From Candidatus Woesearchaeota archaeon (GTDB taxonomy: Archaea > Nanobdellota > Nanobdellia > CAYMVK01 > CAYYFB01): DNA of 64,000 nt. Every line of letters starts with the position of its first letter. Position 1 is the stretch's first letter. A model generated the notes under the pieces. The model saw only the letters and a program-made list of their open reading frames with translations, searched no databases and was not told the origin of the DNA. Below, one piece after another: positions 39,024 through 48,884 of this stretch. The position numbers were made by a program, and so were the translations under genes. The stretch covers positions 110,798 to 174,797 of the forward strand of contig CAYYFB010000001.1 of NCBI GenBank assembly GCA_964471255.1. Reading direction: 5' to 3'.

Positions 39024-41852
39024 ATGAGTGTTGCCCTTAAGAGTAAAATAACCAGAGTTGAAGGAAGAAGAAAGTTTTACCTATTACAGGGCCCCCCTTA
39101 TGTAACAGCTAATCTGCATGTAGGTAATGCAAGAAATTACATATACCAAGATATCTTTGCAAGATATCTTATCTTACGCGGTTACGATCTCTTCTTTATT
39201 CCAGGACTAGACTGCCATGGACTACCTATTGAAGTAAAAGTGGAAAGTATGTTGAAATTTAGGTCAAAGAAAGATATTCTAGAATTTGGAGTAGAAAAGT
39301 TTGTTGAAAAATGCAAGGAATGGGCGCTCCAGAATGGAAAAAAAATTATAGAAATTTGTAGAGAGGGGGGATTACTGCATGGCCTTTTTAATGAAAACGA
39401 GTGGTACTGGACTTTGAAAGATGATTACATCGAGAAAGTATGGTGGGCTTTCAAAAAAATTTGGGAAAAGGGATTAGTTTATAAAGGAGCAAGAGTTTAT
39501 CTTTGGTGCCCCCGTTGTGAAACGGTACTCTCTTCTGGATATGAAACCTCTGAATATAAAGATTTATCTGACTGGTCGATTTATGTGAAATTCCCTGTAA
39601 AGGAGGAAAAAAACACCTACCTTTTAGTCTGGACAACAACTCCCTGGACTTTACCAGCAAATGTCGCTGTAGCTGTTCACCCAGAGGAAAAATATGTGAA
39701 AGTTAGATGTGGGGAGGAACATTACGTCATTGCTGAGAAAAGGCTCTGTATTCTAGAAAAATTAGGAAAAAAATATGAAATAGTAGAAAAATTTAAAGGA
39801 GAAGAACTTAAAGACTTAGAATACCTTCCTGTAATAGATACAGAGGAACAAAGAAAAATAAACCACAGAATTATCCTTTCAATACCTCTTCTGAAGGGGT
39901 GGAGAGGGAGGAAAATTGAGGAAAAGAAGAAAGAATTAGAAGTGGAGGAAATTTATGAGCATTTGGTAAATATTGAGGAAGGAACAGGGCTTGTTCATAT
40001 AGCAACAGCACATGGTGAAGAGGACTTTAAGATTGGGGAGTATTATAAGCTTCCCATTCTAAATGTTGTTGACGTAGATGGAAAAATGGTAAATGCTGGG
40101 AAATATAATGGCCTCTATTATAGAGAAGCTAATGAGAGAATTATAGAGGACCTTGAAAATAAAAATTTCATCTTTTACAAAGAAAGAATAGTTCATAGAT
40201 ATCCAATTTGTTGGAGATGTAAGACACCACTAATTTTTAGACTATCTGAACAATGGTTTGTTGCTATAGAAAAAATCAAAGACAAATTAGTAAAATATGC
40301 GGGAAGAATAAAATTTTACCCCGAATACCGAAAAGAACAATTTATAAATTGGCTGCTTGATGCAAAAGATTGGGTTATTTCACGACAGAGATTTTGGGGA
40401 ATACCTATTCCCATCTGGATTTGCAATAAGTGTGGAAAAGCTATAGCAATAGGATCCAAAGAAGAATTAGAAAAACTTTCTGGCACAAAAGTTAAAGAGT
40501 TGCATATTCCTTGGGTAAACGTTAAAATAAAGTGTGATTGCGGAGGAACAATGGAAAGAATACCTGATGTATTTGATGTTTGGATGGACTCAGCCTGTGC
40601 TCCATTTGCGGCGGTACCTGCTGATGTATGGGAAAAAATAAAGTTTGTTGACTGGATTTGTGAGGCTCAGGACCAAATTAGAGGCTGGTTTTATTCAATG
40701 CACGTAGTAGGTTCCATAGTATTTGACAGAAATGTCTACGAGAGTGTCTTAGTAGGCGGTTGGGTATTAGACTGGGCAGGAAGAAAAATGAGCAAATCCT
40801 TAGGAAATGTGATCTATTGGAAAGATGCTATAAATAAAATTGGAAAAGAGGCCATAAGATTCTATGTAGCTTATTCTTCCCCTCCATCCCAGCAAATGAA
40901 TTTCAACCTAGAAGAAGGGAAAAAGGTATTCACACAATTTTCAAATGTTTATAGAAATGTAGTTAGATTCTATGTTGATTACTCCAGAAGGGAGTCTTCA
41001 TTAAGAACAGAAAAGCGTCTATTAGAAGACTCCATCATAGAGAACCTTTTTGAGAAACTGAAAAAGGAAATAACAGAATATCTAGAAAATTGTGAATTTG
41101 ATAAATACGCTAGGAGATTGAGGGATTTTATACTCGAAGATTTGAGCAGATTTTATATCAAGGTAATTAGAGAGAGAATAAAGAAAGGAGACATATCGCC
41201 CCTGAAAATTTTGGGAAATATTCTAAAAGAGCTGGTAATTTTAACTTATCCTCTTTGTCCAGAGCTAAGTGATGAATTATCATCCAAGCTCGAAATTGGA
41301 AACATAATTGAAAAAGAATGGCCTTCCTATAAGAGGTTCGATGGTTCTATAATAGAAGCATATGAAAAAATAAAAGAAATTTCTTCAGCCATTCTATCTG
41401 CAAGGGAAAAACTAGGAATACGCTGGAGATGGCCACTAAAAGAAGTGAGTTTTGATGAGAAGATACAAAAAGAAATAGGAGAACAAGGAATGGAATTAAT
41501 ATGCAGATTCTGTAATATTGAAAAATTTTCAATAGGAGTTAATGATGGGTATTTAAGGGTAGAAACATCATTCGGGTGTGTATATGTTTCTAAAGAGTTT
41601 AGTAAAGAACTAGCCATTATATCTGAGTTCTGTAGAGGGGTTCAATCCCTTAGAAAAGAGCTATCTCTGAAGGTATTTGAAAAAGCTAATCTAATAGTAG
41701 AATGTGATGATGAATTTTATTCTTTAATTAAGAAATACGACACATACATAAAGGAAAGATGCAATCTCCAAGAAATTAAGAGAGGCTCAGGGAAAAAAAG
41801 GCTTAAATTGCCCTTAATAGAGAAGGAAATAGGAATATGGATAGAGAAATAA
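39024..41852 (+). CDS. ileS: isoleucyl-tRNA synthetase
   Basis: 'GLDCHGLPIE', 'WTTTPWTLPAN', editing-domain region, Zn knuckles 'WCPRCETVL' and 'CWRCKTPL', 'KMSKSLGNV'. The HIGH motif reads HVGN. Confidence 0.85.
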   Translation: MSVALKSKITRVEGRRKFYLLQGPPYVTANLHVGNARNYIYQDIFARYLILRGYDLFFIPGLDCHGLPIEVKVESMLKFRSKKDILEFGVEKFVEKCKEWALQNGKKIIEICREGGLLHGLFNENEWYWTLKDDYIEKVWWAFKKIWEKGLVYKGARVYLWCPRCETVLSSGYETSEYKDLSDWSIYVKFPVKEEKNTYLLVWTTTPWTLPANVAVAVHPEEKYVKVRCGEEHYVIAEKRLCILEKLGKKYEIVEKFKGEELKDLEYLPVIDTEEQRKINHRIILSIPLLKGWRGRKIEEKKKELEVEEIYEHLVNIEEGTGLVHIATAHGEEDFKIGEYYKLPILNVVDVDGKMVNAGKYNGLYYREANERIIEDLENKNFIFYKERIVHRYPICWRCKTPLIFRLSEQWFVAIEKIKDKLVKYAGRIKFYPEYRKEQFINWLLDAKDWVISRQRFWGIPIPIWICNKCGKAIAIGSKEELEKLSGTKVKELHIPWVNVKIKCDCGGTMERIPDVFDVWMDSACAPFAAVPADVWEKIKFVDWICEAQDQIRGWFYSMHVVGSIVFDRNVYESVLVGGWVLDWAGRKMSKSLGNVIYWKDAINKIGKEAIRFYVAYSSPPSQQMNFNLEEGKKVFTQFSNVYRNVVRFYVDYSRRESSLRTEKRLLEDSIIENLFEKLKKEITEYLENCEFDKYARRLRDFILEDLSRFYIKVIRERIKKGDISPLKILGNILKELVILTYPLCPELSDELSSKLEIGNIIEKEWPSYKRFDGSIIEAYEKIKEISSAILSAREKLGIRWRWPLKEVSFDEKIQKEIGEQGMELICRFCNIEKFSIGVNDGYLRVETSFGCVYVSKEFSKELAIISEFCRGVQSLRKELSLKVFEKANLIVECDDEFYSLIKKYDTYIKERCNLQEIKRGSGKKRLKLPLIEKEIGIWIEK

Positions 41853-42271
41853 CTGAAAACTATATCACTTTCATTTCTCTTTTCCCTTTCTTCTTATCAG
41901 TAGGATCTTTTCTCTCTGCTATTTTCTATTATATATCTAACTCTCAAGAGCTTGTTGCTTTACTTGGAGCTTATAGTCTTATTTGTATTTTCTTTGCTTT
42001 TATAAACTGTATGAATATTTCCTATGCTTTAAGGGTCCTCTTTAATAAAAAAAGAAACTTCTGGAAGGATTTTGTTCTGATACTAATTTCTTTAGGCTTA
42101 TACATACCCTTCTACCTTCTAGCGCTTTCCGAAATAATAGGAAAAATAAGGAAGCTTTTGGTATACTTTTCCTTTTTCTTCCCCTTTCCCTGCTTTTTTC
42201 TCTGGTGTTATTTCTTTTATAGAACACATGGGATATCACAAGTAAGCACTCATAAGCCCTTCAGCCAATAA
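41837..42271 (+). CDS. hypothetical membrane protein
   Basis: 144 aa, 4 TM helices. Confidence 0.35.
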   Translation: MDREITENYITFISLFPFFLSVGSFLSAIFYYISNSQELVALLGAYSLICIFFAFINCMNISYALRVLFNKKRNFWKDFVLILISLGLYIPFYLLALSEIIGKIRKLLVYFSFFFPFPCFFLWCYFFYRTHGISQVSTHKPFSQ

Positions 42272-42278
42272 TAAAATT

Positions 42279-42785
42279 ATGAGACTCTTCAAGGTATTTA
42301 CTAACCCTGGAAAAGTTTTTGATGAAGTCAAAAAGGAAAGAATTTCAGTAACAATTTTTAACTATGCTTTTGGAATTTTTGTATTAACTTCTCTGCTTGC
42401 AATTGGTGTATTTTTGTCTAAAGGGGTAATTATTAAGGCTTTTGTATATTATGTTCTTCTGTTTACATTCTCATTGTTATTGCCGGCTCTTTCTCTCATC
42501 CTATCTGCACTTATCTACCTTTTCAGTGGGGAATACTCCCTTGAGAAGGGCCTTAAAACCGTTATTTATTCATTTGCTCCTTTCTACTTGTTAGGATGGT
42601 GCATTTTTTTAAGTAAGTTTTGTTCAAGCGTTTTCTATTCGATAATATTTACTTGGACTTTTATTCTTACTGTGATAGGTATTGAAAAAATATTTGGGAT
42701 TGGAAGATACGAATCTGCGGTATGCACGACGGTGTTTTATCACATTATAATGATAGTTGTATTGATTTCATTCTTAAGCGTTTAA
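42279..42785 (+). CDS. Yip1-domain-like membrane protein
   Basis: 168 aa. 'FTNPGKVFDEVKKERISVT' N-terminus followed by 5 TM helices. Confidence 0.35.
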   Translation: MRLFKVFTNPGKVFDEVKKERISVTIFNYAFGIFVLTSLLAIGVFLSKGVIIKAFVYYVLLFTFSLLLPALSLILSALIYLFSGEYSLEKGLKTVIYSFAPFYLLGWCIFLSKFCSSVFYSIIFTWTFILTVIGIEKIFGIGRYESAVCTTVFYHIIMIVVLISFLSV

Positions 42786-43366
42786 AAAGAGCTTACCCCA
42801 GCATTAAATTCCTTGCAAAGGGGTGGCGGTCTTGGGTATTTGAAGTTAACGGGAAAGTTATAAAGGTCTGCAAAAGAAAGGATGTGTTTAATCGGGAATT
42901 AAAAAATTTAATAACTCTCCAAAGATTTCCTTTTGTCCCAAAGATTTACGGTTACATTAAAAGCATGAATGCTATTATAATGGAAAAAATTAAGGGAGAA
43001 TCTTTAGAAAACTTCTTATTGAAAGAGAAGGACCAAAAAAGAATAAGGATGGTAGTTAGAGAATGCCTCTTAATATCACTTTGTTTGGATTGGATAAATT
43101 TTTTCTCTCCAGAATTTAATAAACCCTACAAACACCTTATTGTCACAAAAAAAGGTGTGAAACTGATAGATTTTGAGCGTTTTCGCAAGAGCAGGAGATC
43201 AAATTTTACTCAGCTTATCTCTTACTTTTTTTTTAATAAAAAAATTTCTTCTGTAATAAAAAAAGCCTTTTCTATTAAAAGAGACATTAAAAGAGAGTTG
43301 CTCCTGTTTTGCAAGGAATACAAAAGAAAAAGGGAAAGTAATGTTATTTCTTCCTTTTTATTTTAA
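42722..43366 (+). CDS. small protein-kinase-like (Bud32/RIO/APH-fold) protein
   Basis: 214 aa. 'WRSWVFEVNGKVIKVCKRKD' beta-hairpin/Lys region and 'KLIDFERF' (DFG-like). Catalytic loop not canonical. Confidence 0.3.
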   Translation: MHDGVLSHYNDSCIDFILKRLKRAYPSIKFLAKGWRSWVFEVNGKVIKVCKRKDVFNRELKNLITLQRFPFVPKIYGYIKSMNAIIMEKIKGESLENFLLKEKDQKRIRMVVRECLLISLCLDWINFFSPEFNKPYKHLIVTKKGVKLIDFERFRKSRRSNFTQLISYFFFNKKISSVIKKAFSIKRDIKRELLLFCKEYKRKRESNVISSFLF

Positions 43367-43814
43367 TTATAACCATATCTCCAAGCGTTCTTTTATGTTC
43401 ATTTTCTTCTCCTTTTTTTATATTAGATATTTCTCCTTTCTCTTCAATTGTCATTACTAACGATTCCCCAACTATTTTTTCCAATTTCTTTGCTGTAGGG
43501 ATATCTATTTCTATGTCCCCTCGTGATATTTTTCTAAGAAGGGTTTCTTTTATTCCCCATTTTGAAGCAATATCTTTCATTTTTAATCCTTTTTTAAGTT
43601 CCTTTTCTAAACACCTTCTCACGGCAACATACCAGCGTGGTTTTAAGACAAGCTCTTCTTTTTCTTCTTTACTCTTTCTTATTTCAGTTTTCTTTTTTAT
43701 CTCTGGGATGATCTTGCCCAATTTTGCACACTCTTCGCAGACCTCTAACAGTACTCCTTCAATGTACACTTTTCTTAGCTTGTCAGTCTCTTTCCCGCAG
43801 ATTTCGCAAATCAA
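43344..43814 (-). CDS. archaeal multiprotein-bridging-factor-1-like transcription regulator (Zn ribbon + HTH)
   Basis: 'CEICGKE..YIEGVLLEVCEECAKLG' Zn ribbon. XRE-type HTH 'MKDIASKWGIKETLLRKISRGDIEIDIPTAKKLEKIVG'. Confidence 0.65.
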   Translation of the reverse strand: MICEICGKETDKLRKVYIEGVLLEVCEECAKLGKIIPEIKKKTEIRKSKEEKEELVLKPRWYVAVRRCLEKELKKGLKMKDIASKWGIKETLLRKISRGDIEIDIPTAKKLEKIVGESLVMTIEEKGEISNIKKGEENEHKRTLGDMVIIKIKRKK

Positions 43815-44137
43815 ATAAGGTCCTCCTCAGAGATAATAACAAAATCTCCAATTGAAATTACAGAGTAAAAAGGTATCAGAATATCCCCATTTTCATCTCT
43901 TTCTAACTCCAAGCTTTTAGCGTATTTAGAAGCCTCTCCCACTACTAAATATACTATTTCCCCACTTTTTGGATCAAAAAGCAAATCTTGTACAGTCCCA
44001 AAATATTTCCCTGTCTTACTTACTATTTTCTTTCCTTTAAGTTCGTTTCCTGTTATCCTTCCCTCTTCCATGATGGTCCCATCAGCTAGTATACCAATAA
44101 TATTATACAAGTCATGAGATTTAAAAAAACTAACCAC
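43811..44137 (-). CDS. PRC-barrel domain protein
   Basis: 108 aa. '..GKKIVSKTGKYFGTVQDLLFDPKSGEIVYLVV..'. Confidence 0.5.
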   Translation of the reverse strand: MVSFFKSHDLYNIIGILADGTIMEEGRITGNELKGKKIVSKTGKYFGTVQDLLFDPKSGEIVYLVVGEASKYAKSLELERDENGDILIPFYSVISIGDFVIISEEDLI

Positions 44138-44739
44138 ACACTGATGCAGGAAGCCTCAAACAGGAGGGAGCCAAAAGCCATCGCTAGCATTATAATCCAA
44201 ACAATTGGTTTATTAAGAAAAAGATAACTCCCTTCAAATGAGAAAAAGGGGATGAGCTGAAAGAATGAAAAGAGGAGCAAAACAGGATACATTTCTTTCC
44301 ACAAAAAGTAAAAAAGAAAAAGAAGGGAGAAAGATAATAGCAAAACAAATACCACAACCTTGCCTCTTTCCTTTTCCACTTTCAGCTTGTCCTTTCCTTT
44401 TTGGAAACCAATTCTAACATAGAGTCTCCCACCTATCGGAATTTTTATTTGTCCGTTAGAAAGCCAAGCTATCAGAGCCAGGATAATAGGAAGAGCTCCC
44501 TTTATTTTTGATATACCTCCCCTCCCTTTGAGAGAGAGGGGAATATAATCTACTTCATCCCAAAAACAAGCCCAAGCATAGAAATTTGCTAAGGTTATTC
44601 TAAAAAGCAGAAAAGAGAAGAAAAATAAAAATATTTGTAGGTATTTTGTGATATTTATTGCAAAATTTTCTATAGAAAAAATAAAGGCTAAAATAAAAGA
44701 TGCTAAAAGTTGATTGGTAATTACTTTTCTCTTTAACAT
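44086..44739 (-). CDS. hypothetical polytopic membrane protein
   Basis: 217 aa, hydrophobic. Confidence 0.35.
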   Translation of the reverse strand: MLKRKVITNQLLASFILAFIFSIENFAINITKYLQIFLFFFSFLLFRITLANFYAWACFWDEVDYIPLSLKGRGGISKIKGALPIILALIAWLSNGQIKIPIGGRLYVRIGFQKGKDKLKVEKERGKVVVFVLLLSFSLLFLFYFLWKEMYPVLLLFSFFQLIPFFSFEGSYLFLNKPIVWIIMLAMAFGSLLFEASCISVWLVFLNLMTCIILLVY

Positions 44740-45395
44740 ACTTCATTCATAATTTCTACACTTTTCAAGTAACATTTATTCTCCCTCATTATCAAATATC
44801 CACAAACTTTTAGATATTCAGTTAAGCAGCGCTCTTGGGAGTAGAATACGATACAGTTCTTCCCACATAATAGATATTTATACCATATTTCTCCACCTAT
44901 TCTTTTTGTAGAAACCTTTAATAATTTTCCTTCTATACAAACAAGGCTTTTGTTCAACTCAGGATGAAGAAATACCTCATCTACCCAAAGAAAGCTTTTT
45001 TTCAGGAAAAAAATAGAAATTGACACTAACATCACAGAGATGAAAAGGTATTTGTTATTAAAAGACAACTCCAATCTTTGCGAAAGAAGAAGCAAAATAA
45101 CAGCTATTAGAAGATGAACGTGTACTATAAAAGTTTTCGAGAAGTAATAAAACGGTGCACAACAATTTTCAGGGAAGGTGGCGAGGAAAAAATTCACAAA
45201 GAGATAAAAAAGATTAAATAATGTATCGTTGTCTCTAGTAACCACTCCTACTATGAGAGAAAATGGGAGGAAATACAGAAGGTACTTTCTGGGCAACAAG
45301 AGAAATAAAAAGGATATCAAAAAAAGAACCTCAGGGTCTTTTTTAAAGCATTTTTTACAAAAGATATAGAAGGATATAACAGAGAGTACTCTCAT
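44733..45395 (-). CDS. hypothetical polytopic membrane protein
   Basis: 220 aa, hydrophobic. Overlaps its neighbour. Confidence 0.35.
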   Translation of the reverse strand: MRVLSVISFYIFCKKCFKKDPEVLFLISFLFLLLPRKYLLYFLPFSLIVGVVTRDNDTLFNLFYLFVNFFLATFPENCCAPFYYFSKTFIVHVHLLIAVILLLLSQRLELSFNNKYLFISVMLVSISIFFLKKSFLWVDEVFLHPELNKSLVCIEGKLLKVSTKRIGGEIWYKYLLCGKNCIVFYSQERCLTEYLKVCGYLIMRENKCYLKSVEIMNEVC

Positions 45396-45855
45396 GAAAA
45401 AATTTGTTATCGATACTTCTTACCTGCTCCGCATGAAAAAACATTTGAATGGGGAAATTTATTTGCCGCCTGAAGTTCTGGAAGAAATAAAGAGCACTCC
45501 AGCTAAGTTAAAGTTATCTTCAATTGATTATTCTATAAAAAAACCTTCAATTCAATATGTAAAGAAAATAAAAGAGACTTCAACAAAACTAGGAGCTATA
45601 CTTTCAAAAGCTGATATTGCTGCCTTGGCTCTTGCCCTTGAGCTGAATGCTGTCCTTCTTACTAATGACTTTACAATGCAAAATATTGCGAAATTTCTTG
45701 GGATAAAATATACAGGTAACAAAACAATAAAGAAAATTATTCGCTGGGTTTTCATCTGCCCTATATGTGGAAAAGAATACCACTCACCTGGGGAATGTGA
45801 AAGGTGTGGGGTCAAGTTGGAGCGCAGAGTAAGCCACCATAAAAATCAAAAATGA
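45394..45855 (+). CDS. Nob1-like PIN-domain endonuclease with C-terminal Zn ribbon
   Basis: 'KFVIDTSYLL', '..ADIAALALALELNAVLLTNDF' PIN core. 'CPICGKEY..CERCG' ribbon. Confidence 0.55.
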   Translation: MKKFVIDTSYLLRMKKHLNGEIYLPPEVLEEIKSTPAKLKLSSIDYSIKKPSIQYVKKIKETSTKLGAILSKADIAALALALELNAVLLTNDFTMQNIAKFLGIKYTGNKTIKKIIRWVFICPICGKEYHSPGECERCGVKLERRVSHHKNQK

Positions 45856-45864
45856 ATACTAAAT

Positions 45865-46137
45865 GTGGGACTAGAAGTAACTCGAATTAAATTACTAGAC
45901 TGCATAAAAATAAGGGCGGCACATAAGAGATTTGATGTGGGAGTTATGGTTGTCCTTAAAGATGACAAAGTAGAGGATGTTAGGATACTTGGAATTTGTA
46001 TTTTTCCTGGTATACCTACAAATACTAGAGAACCCAGAAATGAAGAAGAAAAAAGGGCTCTTGATATGTTGGCAAAAATAAGAAAAAAGGAAAAAATACT
46101 TTCTTTACTAGGAAAGGAAATAACTTTAAAAGACTAG
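45865..46137 (+). CDS. hypothetical protein
   Basis: 90-aa ORF co-directional with Nob1. No motif recognised. Confidence 0.3.
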   Translation: MGLEVTRIKLLDCIKIRAAHKRFDVGVMVVLKDDKVEDVRILGICIFPGIPTNTREPRNEEEKRALDMLAKIRKKEKILSLLGKEITLKD

Positions 46138-46809
46138 GGTCCCATTAAAGGAGGCAGATTTAAGGATATTTTTTATCTGAGCAAAGTTTTCCCTACCAAT
46201 TACATAGAATTTAATACCATATTTTCGGGCCAATTTTAGGGCAGTAGGAGAAATTGGGAAAGACACTCCAGGCTCGCTGAATTTGATCATCCCCAGGAGT
46301 CTTTCTATTCTTATTTTTTTGAAAGGCTTAGCATCCGGATATTTCTTTGGATCTTTATCAAATATGCCCTCCACATCAGTTACTTTTATTATACCACTTA
46401 CCCTCATTTTCCTTGCCAAAAGAACAGCGTCCCAGTCGGTAGTGTGTCCAGGTTTGCTCCCACAAAAAACTACAATCGGATATTTCTTTTTTGGAAAGTT
46501 TTCAAAACATGTGTAAATCTTAGGAGGTTTTGGTGGAGGGAGGAGCGAGAGAAAAATTAAGGCGTTAAGACGAGTATACATTACACCTATTCTATCCAGT
46601 TCTTCCTTTTTTACACCCTCTTTGTTTAACACCCTCATTATTCTTTTTATGTACTTGCCTCCACCTGTAACAACGAAGAAAGTATAATTTACGGATAGCC
46701 TTAATAGAGTCTGTATCATCTGCTTCACTAAGTTAATATTATACCTTCCGGTCTCGGAGACAAAAACAGAGCCCCCTATTCGTATGACAACATTTTGATG
46801 CTTTCTCAT
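46126..46809 (-). CDS. pyrH: uridylate (UMP) kinase, archaeal type
   Basis: Amino-acid-kinase fold. 'VVIRIGGSV', 'FVVTGGG', 'GSKPGHTTDWDAVLLA'. 227 aa. Confidence 0.6.
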   Translation of the reverse strand: MRKHQNVVIRIGGSVFVSETGRYNINLVKQMIQTLLRLSVNYTFFVVTGGGKYIKRIMRVLNKEGVKKEELDRIGVMYTRLNALIFLSLLPPPKPPKIYTCFENFPKKKYPIVVFCGSKPGHTTDWDAVLLARKMRVSGIIKVTDVEGIFDKDPKKYPDAKPFKKIRIERLLGMIKFSEPGVSFPISPTALKLARKYGIKFYVIGRENFAQIKNILKSASFNGTLVF

Positions 46810-47546
46810 TTAAATACTCTAGAAATTTTCCCAAGAAATCCTTCCTTCAGAAAGTTTTTATCTATTCCCACTAACTTACCTGCTATTTTCCTTAGTTCAA
46901 TAGCAGCTGGTGCTGTGTTGTCATAGATAAGGAGAGGTATTCCCAGATTAAGAGCCTCCTTAACTGCTGGGTCTTCCACAATTTCGCCTAAGATCCTTGT
47001 TTTAAGTATTCTCAAAATTTTGCTTTTTGAGATCTCATAATCTTTTCTTTCAACTCTATTTATGACGATTCCAGGCACGATTTTACCCATTTTTTCTAAC
47101 TTTCGAAGTAATCTTGAAGCGTCTAGGACAGAAAAAAGAGAGGGAGTAAGTATCGGGATTACTTCGTCGCATGATTCTAGAATAGTTAAAGTATCCTCAC
47201 CCAAACCTGCCGGAGTATCAACAATAGTAATTTCTCCCAACTTCCTTAGCAGATGAATTGATTTAGCAACATCTTGGGAGGAAACTTTCTTTTTAAGCGA
47301 CATAGGCAAAAATTTAAATCCATACTTATGAGTTATTAGATATCTTCTTCTTATCTTGCTTAAGAAAGATGAAATGTCCGTCTTAAACTTCGGACCAAGA
47401 AGAATAGTGAGATGGGGGGAATATATGTTGCCATCCACTAAAATTACCCTCCTATTATAGTCCCCGGCCAGAGAAATTGCCAAATTAAGTGCAACTGTCG
47501 TTTTTCCTACCCCTCCCTTTCCCGAGGATATAGCTATTACTCTCAT
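46806..47546 (-). CDS. MinD/ParA/Mrp-family P-loop ATPase
   Basis: Deviant Walker A 'SGKGGVGKTT'. 'ILVDGN'. 246 aa. Confidence 0.8.
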   Translation of the reverse strand: MRVIAISSGKGGVGKTTVALNLAISLAGDYNRRVILVDGNIYSPHLTILLGPKFKTDISSFLSKIRRRYLITHKYGFKFLPMSLKKKVSSQDVAKSIHLLRKLGEITIVDTPAGLGEDTLTILESCDEVIPILTPSLFSVLDASRLLRKLEKMGKIVPGIVINRVERKDYEISKSKILRILKTRILGEIVEDPAVKEALNLGIPLLIYDNTAPAAIELRKIAGKLVGIDKNFLKEGFLGKISRVFK

Positions 47547-47593
47547 ACTTTTTTGGTATTTACTACTCCTAAAGGATTTCTCTTTAATAAAGC

Positions 47594-48820
47594 TTATAAA
47601 AGAAGGGACCTTCTTGAAATAATACCCACAACTATTGTTTCATTTAAGTACTCCACTCCTCCTCCTAATGAAGAGTATTCTCCGTAAGTATAGAAACCCA
47701 CAATAGGAACATCTCCAATAACTTCCTTTACAGCTTCTATTTCTTTCTTGCACTTATTCTCTCCAAAAATTGCCATTCTGGCAGCACAATCTGGGATAAT
47801 AGCTAATCCTATGTCCTCTGGATTAGGTTCTCCAATACTTTCTAAGGCTTGTCTTGCAGCCGATTTTGCTGCGTCGATCATCTTTCCTTCATCTGTCGAC
47901 ATTATTCTAACAACATGCCCCATAGGCACGTCCCCCGAACAAATAATACTCCCATCTTCTAAGGCTCTTATTGGATGTCTTAGTCTATATCTTCCATGAA
48001 TATCAATTATCCCCAAGGGATAAACTAAAGCTGCCTTTCCTAAAGGTTCTTTCACAAGCTTTTCTGCTATTTTTTCACCAAGAACCTCTGAATATACCTC
48101 TACTGCTGGTTTTCCATCGAGCTCTAAAAGTTTGTTTCCTTGACTTTTTGTAACAACAAACGGAGGGGATATAGGAGTCCAACCATGTCCAACCCCTACT
48201 CCTACCGGGAGTTTAGTATCCAAAATACAGCCAACAGCTCCATCCGAATGCAGTTTCCACTTATCAAATACCCACGTTTTTTCAAATTTGAGATCGTCTC
48301 CAGCCGATCCTCCAAATACTAGCGGGTACCCCCTTATGACTTCTCTAACCCCCCTTGCAAATTCCGATCCGCTTCCTCCAATTCCGCAGACTAGAAAAAG
48401 AAACGCATGGAAAGCTAATAATAATGTTCTTCCACTTTCTCGTCTAATATAATATCCTAGTGTCTTTACTCCAGATTCCTTTATCAAGTTTTCTGTTAGA
48501 CTACGCCCCAGATACTCATAATCTGGACACCTTCCCTCGCTCGTTGTAAAGAATCTAATGTAATCGGTTGAAATTAAAGCCAAAGAAACAGTTCCGAACT
48601 TTGGTTCGTTTAGAATTTCACCAGCAGTACTACAACCAATTATATCACAATCTAAAGCTGATTTAAGACCTTTCCACACCTGTTTTATATCATAACTTCC
48701 AGAAACAAAAACGAGAGCTATATCTGGTTTTCTGACGTCTTCTAGAGCTTCTTCAGCCGCTTCTTTGCCAGCCACAAAAGGGTCTTTTTCTCTACTAAAA
48801 GCAAGGGAGACATTTATCAT
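47594..48820 (-). CDS. FIST-domain protein (FIST_N + FIST_C)
   Basis: 408 aa. '..PDIALVFVSGSYD..IIGCSTAGEI..' pattern. Confidence 0.5.
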   Translation of the reverse strand: MINVSLAFSREKDPFVAGKEAAEEALEDVRKPDIALVFVSGSYDIKQVWKGLKSALDCDIIGCSTAGEILNEPKFGTVSLALISTDYIRFFTTSEGRCPDYEYLGRSLTENLIKESGVKTLGYYIRRESGRTLLLAFHAFLFLVCGIGGSGSEFARGVREVIRGYPLVFGGSAGDDLKFEKTWVFDKWKLHSDGAVGCILDTKLPVGVGVGHGWTPISPPFVVTKSQGNKLLELDGKPAVEVYSEVLGEKIAEKLVKEPLGKAALVYPLGIIDIHGRYRLRHPIRALEDGSIICSGDVPMGHVVRIMSTDEGKMIDAAKSAARQALESIGEPNPEDIGLAIIPDCAARMAIFGENKCKKEIEAVKEVIGDVPIVGFYTYGEYSSLGGGVEYLNETIVVGIISRRSLLL

Positions 48821-48884
48821 TCTAAATAGCAGTCTTTATTTATCTAAATAACTTCTTTTTATACAGCCTAGGGGGTAATACCAT

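Noticed and set aside
38420-39025. ORFs 38420-38731(-), 38719-38955(+), 38807-39025(-)
   Set aside because: They lie in the GC-rich structured RNA (RNase P RNA candidate). The Pro/Gly/Arg-rich translations come from GC content, not coding.
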